Shown here piece by piece: positions 45,656-58,700 of a stretch of DNA of 64,000 nt. Both the position numbers and the translations under genes were made by a program. Source of the stretch: Eledone cirrhosa (lineage: Eukaryota); the NCBI GenBank assembly GCA_964016885.1, contig OZ024741.1:119784001-119848000 (forward strand). Reading direction: 5' to 3'. Positions within the stretch are counted from its first letter, which is position 1. Each line of letters begins with the position of its first letter. Below the pieces are notes generated by a model. That model made no database searches. It worked only from the letters and a program-made list of their open reading frames with translations, and was not told the DNA's origin.

Positions 45656-46084
45656 AGACCATATCTAACCAAGCTTTGTAGCTGACACGATAAAAACTTC
45701 AGGTTTAAAATTCCTTATGAGTATTCGTGTTAAATTGACGTTTATAGCTTTGCATAGAATTTTGGGTCTGGTGACTCGAACACTTTAAGAATTCTACGGA
45801 TTTAACGGAGATAAAATAGCTGTAGCTGATAGATAACATATGGTTGGTATGGATAATAGAAATTATGTTAGAAAGTATATAAGGATGGCATAGAATCGAT
45901 TAGTGGTTATTAAAGAGATAATATATTTACTGGATATTTACTAATCTTGGGCTTGTGGCCCCTTTTCATTTTATAGACCCAGTGTTGTGAAATGCATGAT
46001 TGAAAGATCGAATCATTATTCGTCTGTGATACTTCTATAGTCTGTAATTATTTTTATTTGTTGAGCATTAAGAATGTTTTTGAT

Positions 46085-46400
46085 GTGTGTTGGCAAGTGT
46101 TAAAGAAATCATATTATTTATTTATTCGTTGTGTTTATTTTTTATTTTTTATAATTTCCATACTCTCTGCTATGTATACAGATACAAACCCCTCCGCTAT
46201 GTTGATCTAATGTTTGTCCATGCTAGAGAATATTGAACATTTTTCTGTTTCAATTGCCAGATTAATTCGGATAAAGCTGTTCTCTTTATTCTCTTTATAT
46301 TTGTAAACATATGGCAATGGTTATAACTTTTGTCCTTCAAGCGAGTCGCAGTCGCACCTATATACATATATATTTTATCTCTGATAATTATTCTGGACAG
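46085..46400 (-). pseudogene. GIY-YIG endonuclease relic (Penelope-like)
   Basis: YIGAT..LKDK.YNH..F.....TALSELIWQLK....Y.LAW. Confidence 0.7.
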
Positions 46401-47667
46401 GGCATTGTTCGGGATTACGGCTGTAGCACATGGCGTTAGCGTGGTTTGTCTCACGTTCTGTATGTTTAATGTTTGTTCTGTTGGGATATTAAGTTGGTTG
46501 TAGTATCATTACAGAGTGTATTAAATGTATGGCTTAGTGGTTGGGCTTTCGGATTCACACTCGTGAGGTTCTGTGATCAATCCCCGGACAGGGCGATATG
46601 TTGTGCTCTTACGCAATCTCTTTCTTTTTGAATTTTTTTGTGCTTAAAAGAATAAAAGTACTCACACGTACACAAACACACACGCACGCACATACACCCC
46701 CCAAACATACACACACACACACGCACACAAACACCCCCCCCCCCCCCCCACACACGCACACAACCCCCCCCCCACAGTTATACTTTGGAGGATCATGTTA
46801 CGAATAAAAACACATGTACCGGTTGAGTTTCACTTCGGTTTTATTATTAGTCAGGTAAGTAATCCATTTACCGGCTGGTTCATTAATCGGATGGTTATGT
46901 AATTGTCAAAGCTCTTTCATCACACATTCTGTGACCTTCTCAATGATGATTTTCGTTCTCTATGTCTCCTCTTCCTTTTGATTTAATTCCAGTTACTCCA
47001 TCTTCTATTTCTGTAGTGTGTGTGGTATTCGCCCGTGTGTGTATGTGAATGTATGTATCCGTATGTGTGTGCATGTGTGTGTTTTTATATATTGCTACTA
47101 AGCTTCTGTGCGTGATATGCGTGTATGTGTGTTTGTGCGCCCGTGTGTGCCCGTCTGTGAACATGTGTGTGTACGTGCGTGTGCATGTGAATGTGATCGT
47201 ATGTTTCTGTATGTGTGCGCATGTGTGTTTGTGTGAATGTGATCGTGTGTGTGTTTGTGTGTTCACATGTTTGCGCTTGTGTGTGAGTCTGTGTGTGTGT
47301 GTATGTTTGCGTGTCTTTATATATTGTTAATCCCACAAGCTTTTGTGTGTGGTATACGTACATGTGTGTTTGTGTGCCCATTTATGTTTCTACGTGTGTG
47401 TGCCTGTGTGTGTGTATGCGTGTGGCGTGTGTGCGCGTGTGTGCATATGTGCGTGCATGTGTGTGTGTGCCTTTATATATTGTTACTCCCGCAAGTTTTT
47501 GCATGTGTTTACATTTATCTGTATATGTTGTGTATTTGTGTATACCATGGTGACCTCCCACCAACCATCACCTTTTTTTTACTACCTTTCTGTATGTGTA
47601 TTCACCCATATCTACATTTGTCCCTCTGTCTGTGTTATCCTGTGCTTTCATTCTTGTGTCATATAGG

Positions 47668-47872
47668 GCGGGGGATTGGCATTATCGGTAGAGAATCGGA
47701 CACCATGCTTTGCAACCCTATACGGTCTGAGTTCAAATCCCGCTGAGGTTAAATTTGCCTTTCATCCTTACGGGGTCGATAAAATAAAGTACTAGTAACG
47801 TACTGGGGTCGATTTAATCGACTTTCCACTCCCCCCAAATTACTAGCCTTCTGCCTATAGTAGAAATCATTC
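47668..47872 (+). mobile_element. Complete tRNA-derived SINE copy
   Basis: A-box-like TGGCATTATCGG, B-box-like GAGTTCAAATCC, core domain, 3' end GCCTTCTGCCTATAGTAGAAATCATT. Confidence 0.85.
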
Positions 47873-48984
47873 TTGTGTCATAATACGAATATCACTCGTC
47901 ATTAGGTTGTGGAGTTACTATTCTATTTCTGCTTCCAACTGGGCTTATGTTGGTTTGTGAACCCTTTGTGTACCTATTCCTATGTGTCATAATATTTTTC
48001 TCATCATTCACCTCGTCTTGGGGTTGTTATTTCATTCCAACTTTCTATTGAGAATGAGTTCGATTGAGATGTTTTAGCTGTGAAAAGAATGAAATGAGAA
48101 GTGTAAACAATTTCAACTCTTTCTTCGTAAATACAAAGACATAAGAAGATATTATTCTTATGCATTTCTGATATAGCAATATTACTCCGTACACGGAATA
48201 ATATACTATAGATTTGTTAACTGAATTAAATACTATACATTTCATTTTGTATATTGTTGCTACATATGTTTTGTTAAACGGGATAAATATTAAAACACCT
48301 AATTTGGAATACTGTTATATTTTGTTATATTTTCTCTTATTAAATGGAACAGATATTAAACCGTTGAGTCAACACTGGTCCCGCATTCTCAATTTCACAA
48401 CTGTAAATGTTTAATTGGTTCAGATGAGTGGAAAGACAAATTGGTGCACGCAAAATTGAGTATTATTCAATAAATACAGTTTTTCTTCAGAGTTTTTAAA
48501 TTAATAATTTTTCTAACTCCTAAAATGCCGAAACACACTTACAGCATAAACTTATATTTCGATGTGACGAACTTAGAAACGAATCTTCCGAGAAATTTTA
48601 TTTTTATTTGAAAGAAATACTGATTTGCCTTACTGAAACGTTTGCGATTTGTTTGCATATGAAGTTTAATTAAAATTACAAAACATACATGATTCTTATG
48701 AAAACATTGTCATTGCTTAAATATATGAATACGCTTGATACCCACCTATCTAAAACCGCCCCCTGATTCTATGATAATAGAAATGCTTATTTTAAATAAT
48801 TTATTGTTTTGGCAATATTAAGACGACATGACCCTCCCCAAATATAACAATATCTTATTTCAAAAGAATGTATATTCAAATTTAAACCTCCAATTATAAT
48901 TTCATGTGAGAAACATTTGATAAGTTATGTTCTAAACACCATCTTAACAATGAGAGTAATTATATTACTAAATTCCATTTTGCT

Positions 48985-49170
48985 CCTTAAGGAGCATTGA
49001 GTGACGAGACATCTCCATTCCGCTCGGGCCTTGTTACAGGCTTGCTCCTCTAACAGACCCATATCTACTCGGTTTTCCTTCACATACCTCAACCAGGTCT
49101 TTACAGGTCTCACAAGTTTTCTCGTATAAGTTCCCATTTTTGTTTCTGTTCGTTCTGGAATTCCATAATT
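48985..49170 (-). pseudogene. RTE-like LINE 3' relic
   Basis: RKLVRPVKTWLRYVKE...RAEWRCLV...CS. Confidence 0.5.
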
Positions 49171-49377
49171 CATGATATGATCACCAATCTTAGTAACATC
49201 AGTTCAAAGATTGGTATTCAGATCAACAATGTATCTCTCTTTCCTTGTAAAGTCTGAATTTCTAGGGCATTTTAAAAACCTGGTGGAGCCCATATCTTTT
49301 CCAGGTTTGAATACAGCAGTTTTCTTCCAGAGAAGGGTAGAAAGTGAGAGAGAGGAAATGAGAAAGAGATATAGAGG

Positions 49378-49542
49378 AAGAATCACCTCCAGTAGTAGAC
49401 TGGTACTTTCTTTTTATTGACCTCGAATGGATGAAAGGCAAAGTTTACCTCGGTGGGATTTGAACTTAGAGAGCAGAGAGCCGAAACTAATACTGCAAGG
49501 TATTCTATCCGGCGTTCTAATGACTCTGTCAATTCGCCGCCT
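49378..49542 (-). mobile_element. Degenerate SINE copy
   Basis: gacctcgaatggatgaaaggcaaagtttacctcggtgggatttgaac core. Confidence 0.75.
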
Positions 49543-50210
49543 TAGATCAACAATAAAAAGACCAAATTGATGTTTATTGGGGAGGCACAATACCACAGTA
49601 AAATGACTTCCGAATAAAAAATACACCAAAGCTTTCAGATATGATAATGTACGTGAAACGGGTTCGTTTTGAGGACAACTTGATTAGTTATATAAGAGAT
49701 GGATATAACATCATAAGATGTGTCAAAAGATATGACTGCCTTGTAAATACGCAGTGTGGCTAGTAATAGAGTTATATTTACATATATTGGACTGATGGAA
49801 TTAAATAAATGTGATGCTGACAGTTTTTGGACAGCTTCAAAACCTGAATTAAGATGAAAAACATAAATGTACAGAAACTAATTAATTAAATGCATATATC
49901 ACTCACTTTAATTAGTGTCAGAAACATCCAGATAGCATATAAAATATCACATACTAGGTAAGGAATGAAAGAGAAAGAAATAATGGACACTTAACTCTTT
50001 CTGATGTCGTAGGGGTGATGTCATGACACATCTCACATCATGGTATTTTCAACTTGGTAGAGACCACCTTCCTGTAGACAGGAAAAAATCTGAATTTCTC
50101 CAGAGAAAATGAGAAAGAAAAGAGAGAGAAAGAGAGAGAGATAGAGGGGAGAGAGTGAGAGAGAGAGAAAGAGAGACAGAGAAGATGAGAGAGGAAGAGA
50201 AAGAGAGAAG

Positions 50211-50252
<42 letters not shown>

Positions 50253-50634
50253 AAGAGAGAGAAAGAGAGAGAAAGAGAGAGAAAGAGAGAGAAAGAAGAG
50301 GAGATTGATAGATAGATAGATAGATATATTTCTTTATTTGCCACAAAGGCGCACAAGAAAAGGAAAAAATACAAAGACATGCCGGGGATTTTACATACAA
50401 TCGTGTAAAAATTATAAAACAAACAATTATAACAATCGAAATCCCCAATAGGGGGGAAGCACCACAAATGGGTTGTTTAATAGCCCGTCGATAGTACAAC
50501 CCTCAACTTCAGGAACGTGTTGTGCAAGTGCTCCTTTCTTCCTTTTGCTCTCTTCTTTAACCTACAGGCTTATAAAAAGAGAAGGCCCAATCACTCGGGC
50601 CATTTTTGCCACATTCACCCACCTTTCAGTAAAT

Positions 50635-53600
50635 TTACTGTGGTGCAATGCCTTACTGTGGTGCAGTGCTTTACTGTGGTGCAGTGCCTTACTGTGGTGC
50701 AATGCCTTACTGTGGTGCAGTGCCTTACTGTGGTGCAGTGCCTTACTGTGGTGCAGTGCCTTACTGTGGTGCAGTGCCTTACTGTGGTGCAATGCCTTAC
50801 TGTGGTGCAGTGCCTTACTGTGGTGCAGTGCCTTACTGTGGTGCAGTGCCTTACTGTGGTGCAATGCCTTACTGTGGTGCAGTGCCTTACTGTGGTGCAG
50901 TGCCTTACTGTGGTGCAATGCCTTACTGTGGTGCAGTGCCTTACTGTGGTGCAGTGCCTTACTGTGGTGCAGTGCCTTACTGTGGTGCAATGCCTTACTG
51001 TGGTGCAGTGCCTTACTGTGGTGCAATGCCTTACTGTGGTGCAATGCCTTACTGTGGTGCAGTGCCTTACTGTGGTGCAGTGCCTTACTGTGGTGCAGTG
51101 CCTTACTGTGGTGCAGTGCCTTACTGTGGTGCAGTGCCTTACTGTGGTGCAGTGCCTTACTGTGGTGCAGTGCCTTACTGTGGTGCAGTGTCTTACTGTG
51201 GTGCAATGCCTTACTGTGGTGCAGTGCCTTACTGTGGTGCAATGCCTTACTGTGGTGCAATGCCTTACTGTGGTGCAGTGCCTTACTGTGGTGCAGTGCC
51301 TTACTGTGGTGCAGTGCCTTACTGTGGTGCAGTGCCTTACTGTGGTGCAATGCCTTACTGTGGTGCAGTGCCTTACTGTGGTGCAGTGCCTTACTGTGGT
51401 GCAGTGCCTTACTGTGGTGCAATGCCTTACTGTGGTGCAGTGCCTTACTGTGGTGCAGTGCCTTACTGTGGTGCAGTGCCTTACTGTGGTGCAGTGCCGT
51501 ACTGTGGTGCAATGCCTTACTGTGGTGCAGTGCCTTACTGTGGTGCAGTGCCTTACTGTGGTGCAGTGCCTTACTGTGGTGCAATGTCTTACTGTGGTGC
51601 AGTGCCTTACTATGGTGCAGTGCCTTACTGTGGTGCAGTGCCTTACTGTGGTGCAGTGCCTTACTGTGGTGCAGTGCCTTACTGTGGTGCAGTGCCTTAC
51701 TGTGGTGCAGTGCCTTACTGTGGTGCAGTGTCTTACTGTGGTGCAGTGCCTTACTGTGGTGCAATGCCTTACTGTGGTGCAATGCCTTACTGTGGTGCAG
51801 TGCCTTACTGTGGTGCAGTGCCTTACTGTGGTGCAGTGCCTTACTGTGGTGCAGTGCCTTACTGTGGTGCAATGCCTTACTGTGGTGCAGTGCCTTACTG
51901 TGGTGCAGTGCCTTACTGTGGTGCAGTGCCTTACTGTGGTGCAATGCCTTACTGTGGTGCAGTGCCTTACTGTGGTGCAATGCCTTACTGTGGTGCAGTG
52001 CCTTACTGTGGTGCAGTGCCTTACTGTGGTGCAGTGCCTTACTGTGGTGCAGTGCCTTACTGTGGTGCAGTGCCTTACTGTGGTGCAATGCCTTACTGTG
52101 GTGCAATGCCTTACTGTGGTGCAGTGCCTTACTGTGGTGCAGTGCCTTACTGTGGTGCAGTGCCTTACTGTGGTGCAGTGCCTTACTGTGGTGCAGTGCC
52201 TTACTGTGGTGCAATGCCTTACTGTGGTGCAGTGCCTTACTGTGGTGCAGTGCCTTACTGTGGTGCAGTGCCTTACTGTGGTGCAATGCCTTACTGTGGT
52301 GCAATGCCTTACTGTGGTGCAGTGCCTTACTGTGGTGCAGCGCCTTACTGTGGTGCAGTGCCTTACTGTGGTGCAATGCCTTACTGTGGTGCAGTGCCTT
52401 ACTGTGGTGCAGTGCCTTACTGTGGTGCAGTGCCTTACTGTGGTGCAGTGCCTTACTGTGGTGCAGTGCCTTACTGTGGTGCAATGCCTTACTGTGGTGC
52501 AGTGCCTTACTGTGGTGCAGTGCCTTACTGTGGTGCAATGCCTTACTGTGGTGCAATGCCTTACTGTGGTGCAATGCCTTACTGTGGTGCAATGCCTTAC
52601 TGTGGTGCAGTGCCATACTGTGGTGCAGTGCCTTACTGTGGTGCAGTGCCTTACTGTGGTGCAGTTCCTTACTGTGGTGCAGTGCCTTACTGTGGTGCAG
52701 TGCCTTACTGTGGTGCAGTGCCTTACTGTGGTGCAGTGCCTCACTGTGGTGCAGTGCCTTACTGTGGTGCAATGCCTTACTGTGGTGCAATGCCTTACTA
52801 TGGTGCAGTATCTTACTGTGGTGCAGTGCCTTACTGTGGTGCAGTGCCTTACTGTGGTGCAATGCCTTACTGTGGTGCAATGCCTTACTGTGGTGCAGCG
52901 CCTTACTGTGGTACAGCGCCTTACTGTGGTGCAGTGCCTTACTGTGGTGCAGTGCCTTACTGTGGTGCAGTGCCTTACTGTGGTGCAATGCCTTACTGTG
53001 GTGCAGTGCCTTACTGTGGTGCAGTGCCTTACTGTGGTGCAGTGCCTTACTGTGGTGCAGTGCCTTACTGTGGTGCAATGCCTTACTGTGGTGCAGTGCC
53101 TTACTGTGGTGCAGTGCCTTACTGTGGTGCAGTGCCTTACTGTGGTGCAGTGCCTTACTGTGGTGCAATGTCTTACTGTGGTGCAGTGCCTTACTATGGT
53201 GCAGTGCCTTACTGTGGTGCAGTGCCTTACTGTGGTGCAGTGCCTTACTGTGGTGCAGTGCCTTACTGATGTGCTGTGCCTTACTGTGGTGCAGTGCCTT
53301 ACCGTGGTGCAATGCCTTACTGTGGTGCAGTGCCTTACTGTGGTGCAGTGCCTTACTGTGGTGCAGTGCCTTACTGTGGTGCAGTGCCTTACTGTGGTGC
53401 AGTGCCTTACTGTGGTGCAATGCCTTACTGTGGTGCAATGCCTTACTGTGGTGCAGTGCCTTACTGTGGTGCAATGCCTTACTGTGGTGCAGTGCCTTAC
53501 TGTGGTGCAGTGCCTTACTGTGGTGCAATGCCTTACTGTGGTGCAGTGCCTTACTGTGGTGCAGTGCCTTACTGTGGTGCAGTGCCTTACTGTGGTGCAA

Positions 53601-55799
53601 TGCCTTACTGTGGTGCAGTGCCTTACTGTGGTGCAATGCCTTACTGTGGTGCAGTGCCTTACTGTGGTGCAGTGCCTTACTGTGGTGCAGTGCCTTACTG
53701 TGGTGCAATGCCTTACTGTGGTGCAGTGCCTTACTGTGGTGCAGTGCCTTACTGTGGTGCAGTGCCTTACTGTGGTGCAGTGCCGTACTGTGGTGCAGTG
53801 CCTTACTGTGGTGCAGTGCCTTACTTTGGTGCAATGCCTTACTGTGGTGCAGTGCCTTACTGTGGTGCAATGCCTTACTGTGGTGCAGTGCCTTACTGTG
53901 GTGCAGTGCCTTACTGTGGTGCAATGCCTTACTGTGGTGCAGTGCCTTACTGTGGTGCAGTGCCTTACTGTGGTGCAGTGTCTTACTGTGGTGCAGTGCC
54001 TTACTGTGGTGCAGTGCCTTACTGTGGTGCAGTGCCTTACTGTGGTGCAATGCCTTACTGTGGTGCAGTGTCTTACTGTGGTGCAATGCCTTACTGTGGT
54101 GCAGTGTCTTACTGTGGTGCAGTGCCTTACTGTGGTGCAGTGCCTTACTGTGGTGCAGTGCCTTACTGTGGTGCAGTGCCTTACTGTGGTGCAATGCCTT
54201 ACTGTGGTGCAGTGTCTTACTGTGGTGCAGTGCCTTACTGTGGTGCAGTGCCTTACTGTGGTGCAGTGCCTTACTGTGGTGCAATGCCTTACTGTGGTGC
54301 AGTGCCTTACTGTGGTGCAATGCCTTACTGTGGTGCAGTGTCTTACTGTGGTGCAGTGCCTTACTGTGGTGCAATGCCTTACTGTGGTGCAGTGCCTTAC
54401 TGTGGTGCAGTGCCTTACTGTGGTGCAGTGCCTTACTGTGGTGCAGTGCCTTACTGTGGTGCAGTGCCTTACTGTGGTGCAGTGCCTTACTGATGTGCTG
54501 TGCCTTACTGTGGTGCAGCGCCTTACTGTGGTGCTGTGCCTTACTGTGGTGCAATGCCTTACTGTGGTGCAGTGCCTTACTGTGGTGCAATGCCTTACTG
54601 TGGTGCAGTGCCTTACTGTGGTGCAGTGCCTTACTGTGGTGCAGTGCCTTACTGTGGTGCAGTGCCTTACTGTGGTGCAATGCCTTACTGTGGTGCAATG
54701 CCTTACTGTGGTGCAGTGCCTTACTGTGGTGCAGTGCCTTACTGTTGTGCAATGCCTTACTGTGGTGCAGTGCCTTACTGTGGTGCAATGCCTTACTGTG
54801 GTGCAGTGCCTTACTGTGGTGCAGTGCCTTACTGTGGTGCAGTGACTTACTGTGGTGCAGTGCCTTACTGTGGTGCAGTGCCTTACTGTGGTGCAATGCC
54901 TTACTGTGGTGCAGTGCCTAACTGTGGTGCAGTGCCTTACTGTGGTGCAGTGCCTTACTGTGGTGCAATGCCTTACTGTGGTGCAGTGCCTTACTGTGGT
55001 GCAGTGCCTTACTGTGGTGCAGTGTCTTACTGTGGTGCAGTGCCTTACTGTGGTGCAGTGCCTTACTGTGGTGCAGTGCCTCACTGTGGTGCAGTGCCTT
55101 ACTGTGGTGCAGTGCCTTACTGTGGTGCAGTGCCTTACTGTGGTGCAATGCCTTACTGTGGTGCAGTGCCTTACTGTGGTGCAGCGCCTTACTGTGGTGC
55201 TGTGCCTTACTGTGGTGCAGTGCCTTACTGTGGTGCAATGCCTTACTGTGGTGCAGTGCCTTACTGTGGTGCAGTGCCTTACTGTGGTGCAGTGCCTTAC
55301 TGTGGTGCAATACCTTACTGTGGTGCAATGCCTTACTGTGGTGCAGTGTCTTACTGTGGTGCAATGTCTTACTGTGGTGCAGTGCCTTACTGTGGTGCAA
55401 TGCCTTACTGTGGTGCAGTGCCTTACTGTGGTGCAATGCCTTACTGTGGTGCAATGCCTTACTGTGCTGCAGTGTCTTACTGTGGTGCAGTGCCTTACTG
55501 TGGTGCAGTGCCTTACTGTGGTGCAGTGCCTTACTGTGGTGCAATGCCTTACTGTGGTGCAATGCCTTACTGTGGTGCAGTGCCTTACTGTGGTGCAGTG
55601 CCTTACTGTGGTGCAATACCTTACTGTGGTGCAATGCCTTACTGTGGTGCAGTGCCTTACTGTGGTGCAATGCCTTACTGTGGTGCAATGCCTTACTGTG
55701 GTGCAATGCCTTACTGTGGTGCAATGCCTTACTGTGGTGCAATGCCTTACTGTGGTGCAATGCCTTACTGTGGTGCAGTGCCTTACTGTGGTGCTGTGC
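50635..55799. repeat. 18-bp minisatellite (TTACTGTGGTGCA[G/A]TGCC), 287 units
   Basis: Last unit starts at 55783 = 50635 + 286x18, so there is no net indel. Confidence 0.97.
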
Positions 55800-58700
55800 A
55801 TCTCTCTCCACTGTGATTCTCCTTCTAAAGTGATACTTAAAGAAGGGAATCAATTGTTGTCCGGAGAGAAAGGCATCTGTACTCAATCCTCTCAACCTCG
55901 TCCACCATATAACCTCTTTCACCATAGCCACCGTACAGAGGAAAACCGCCTCTCTTTCGTTTTTGAAAGAGGCTGGCGGTTTGATCCTTACTATGGACTC
56001 GGCAGTCAACTGGATTTGTCCCATACGCGACAGCAGTTGTTCTGCATAGTTCCACAGGTCGGTTACGCCCGGGCAGTGGACAATTGCGTGCAGGACGGTT
56101 TCAATGTCCTACGCGCATCTTGGACACGTCCTCTTGGAAGGATCCCTGCCGAGGCGTCCGTGCCTGTAGATCTTGTCACGAACTGGTAGAGCCCCTCTGG
56201 AAGTTGTCCATAGGTCCCGGGCGGAAAGTCCTACCAAACAGACTGGTGAGCTCATCGTCTTCGACGCCCAGAGTCTCTCCGAGCACGTCGTCGCCCTTGT
56301 AACGTACTATCCCTCTATAGAATGTCGAAGTGGAGTCTCCACTAATTGCTGTGCCAGCTTGCCAGAAGACTGTGAGCGCCTGAGCGCATTTAATGTGCCA
56401 GGCGCCCATCGTTTTCGGTCTTTTCTTGAGCCAGGACTGCAGCTCCGTCAGCGAGACGAGCTGCGGGAAAGCCTGTTTCACAAATGGTGTTCACACCGGT
56501 TGGGGGTCGGTGAGGAATACCTGGAGATGCCGCAGCCTCAGCGCATGTTTGCGCAACATCAGCCACGGCATTCCCAGCCCTCCGTTGGAAGGGTGCTGAC
56601 AGCAGACGGATCTCCTCACCAGCAGAGCCTGCTTCTTCCACAGAAACTGGAAGAGCATGCGTTCCATCTTGGCGAGGTATTCACGGGGACAAGGCACGAC
56701 AGTCAAGTGGTAGTAGATGATGGACGCTATGAAAGTGTTCGCCACCTCTGCTCGCCCTTTCAAGGACAGTTTGCACTTTGCCCACTTCTGGGTGAGCTCA
56801 AACACCTTGGCCGTGACCTCGTTCCAGTTTTTCTCCACCTGGAGGTCTGGACCGAACCAGACCCCGAGCAATTTCACCGGTCCTTCTGTCCAGCGTCTAA
56901 CGACGCTGTCGGACGTCATTGGTTTGCCTCTCCACGTTCCGAGTTGCAAACCGGCAGACTCGTCCGGGTTTAGTTTTGCTCCCGTCCGCGTTTCGTATTC
57001 TTTCAGTAAGTTGCCGATCACCCCGATTTTCCGAGGTGTTCGACACCATTACCCTCACGACGTCGGCATAAGTCGACGCCGCTTTGCGCAGTCCCGGTTC
57101 TAGAGGATGCCCTGCAACAGCTCCAATTTCTGCAGTAGTGGCTCTAGAGTCAATACATACAGAATGGAGGAGAGAGGGCATCCCTGTCGAATGGAACGCG
57201 TGATTGCGAACGGCTCCGATAGGTAGCCGTTCACCTTGACCCTCGAAAACGGGACCGAAACCGGCCGCCTTGAGAACCGCTTCCAAGTATCGATGGTCGA
57301 CCCTATCGAATGCCTTAGACTGATGCAAATTGATCAGAGCCCCACAGAAGCCGGGTTTACTACCCACCCTCTCTATGATGTATCGCATGAGGTGGAGGTT
57401 GTCGTGTATGGACCTGGTCGGGATTGCACACGTTTGCGCTTTCCCTACCAGGTTCTCGACGACAAGCGCCAACCACGTCGCTAGCACCTTGGCCAAAATC
57501 TTTAACTCTGTGTTGAGTAGAGTTATGGGCCTGAAGTTGTTAATTTCGTCCCCCTTTTTCTCGTCTTTCCTGATCAGCGTTACTGCGCCCTTGCCTGCAG
57601 AACTGGGAATTCTCCCGTCCTGCTGCCAATTGTAGTAGACGGCTTCGAGGACGCCAGAGAACAATTCCGGCATGCCTATGTAAAACTCATAGGGTAGACC
57701 ATCTATATCGGTGACTTACGTTTCGCGCATCAGCCCAGAGCGTCCCGTATCTCAGTGTCCGTGATCGGTCTTTCGCAGAACTCAGCGTCCGTGTTCGAGA
57801 GACGCGTAGGCTGTCGAGGTATGAACTAAAGTCCATTGCCCCGTTCGGCTCACCGTAGTTCTGCTCAAACAGTCGCGCAAAGTGCTGCTGAAAGGCCGCG
57901 CACTGTTGCTTGGGGTCAAGTAGCACGCGTCCGTTTTGGTCTTTCAAAGACCGAATCGTGGACTTGTTGCCACTTTTTGCTCCCGCCACTCGGGGCCCAG
58001 CTGACAGCTTTCGCTTCTTCGTTTCCCAGAGCACGTGTTTTGCTTCTGATCACGCAGCCTTCGTGTTTCGCATCGAAGAACTCGTCCAGTGCCGTTCTCG
58101 ACGCTAACACTTTAGCTGCGTTGCAACTTCTAAGTGCCTCCTCTACCTTGGCTACTAGTTCTCTTTCTATTTTGTTTTTCTCTAAGGCTAACTCTCTGCT
58201 AAACCCTATCGATTCTACTCTAATTGCTTTCTTGAGAGAGTACCACCATCTATTGTTGACGATGGCTCCCGTTAACTGTTGTTTGACTAGTCTACTTATC
58301 CGTTCACTGTAAGCTCTACGTGCCGGCAACGACACGTTCAGCTTCCAGTATCCGGGTCCCTGACTATGTGTTCTATCACGGTTGACTATGCAGACGACTA
58401 GTTTGTGATCTGAATAGGCTACCATGTGAATTCGGGGACAGCTTAACATCTTGTCCCTTTCTCTAATGAAGAACCTATCTAAATACGATCTAGATGTCCC
58501 GCTGCGGTTTGCCCACGTCCACTGTGGTGCAGTCGGGAAATCCAGTCGATACCTATCTGCCAGTTGGAATTGGCCGATTAAAGTTTTGAGGCTGTTGCAC
58601 CCCCCTCTACTGGGACATGCTCCCACATAGTCCCATCGTGCATCTAGGATACCATTCCCTTCCCCCACTAAAAGTAAGGAGCGAGACGTTCTCAGAAAAG

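Noticed and set aside
46528-46610. tRNA gene
   Set aside because: A/B-box-like motifs but no complete cloverleaf; more likely a decayed SINE head.
50635-55799. CRISPR-like array
   Set aside because: Contiguous units with no unique spacers, no cas genes, and a eukaryotic context.
50473-56189. 1400-1700-aa ORFs in several frames (LLWCSA, VVQCLT, RHCTTV, PYCGAV)
   Set aside because: By-products of a stop-free 18-bp unit. The common G/A variant is synonymous in several frames at once, so it is not evidence of coding selection, and the host ORF2 is frameshifted upstream.
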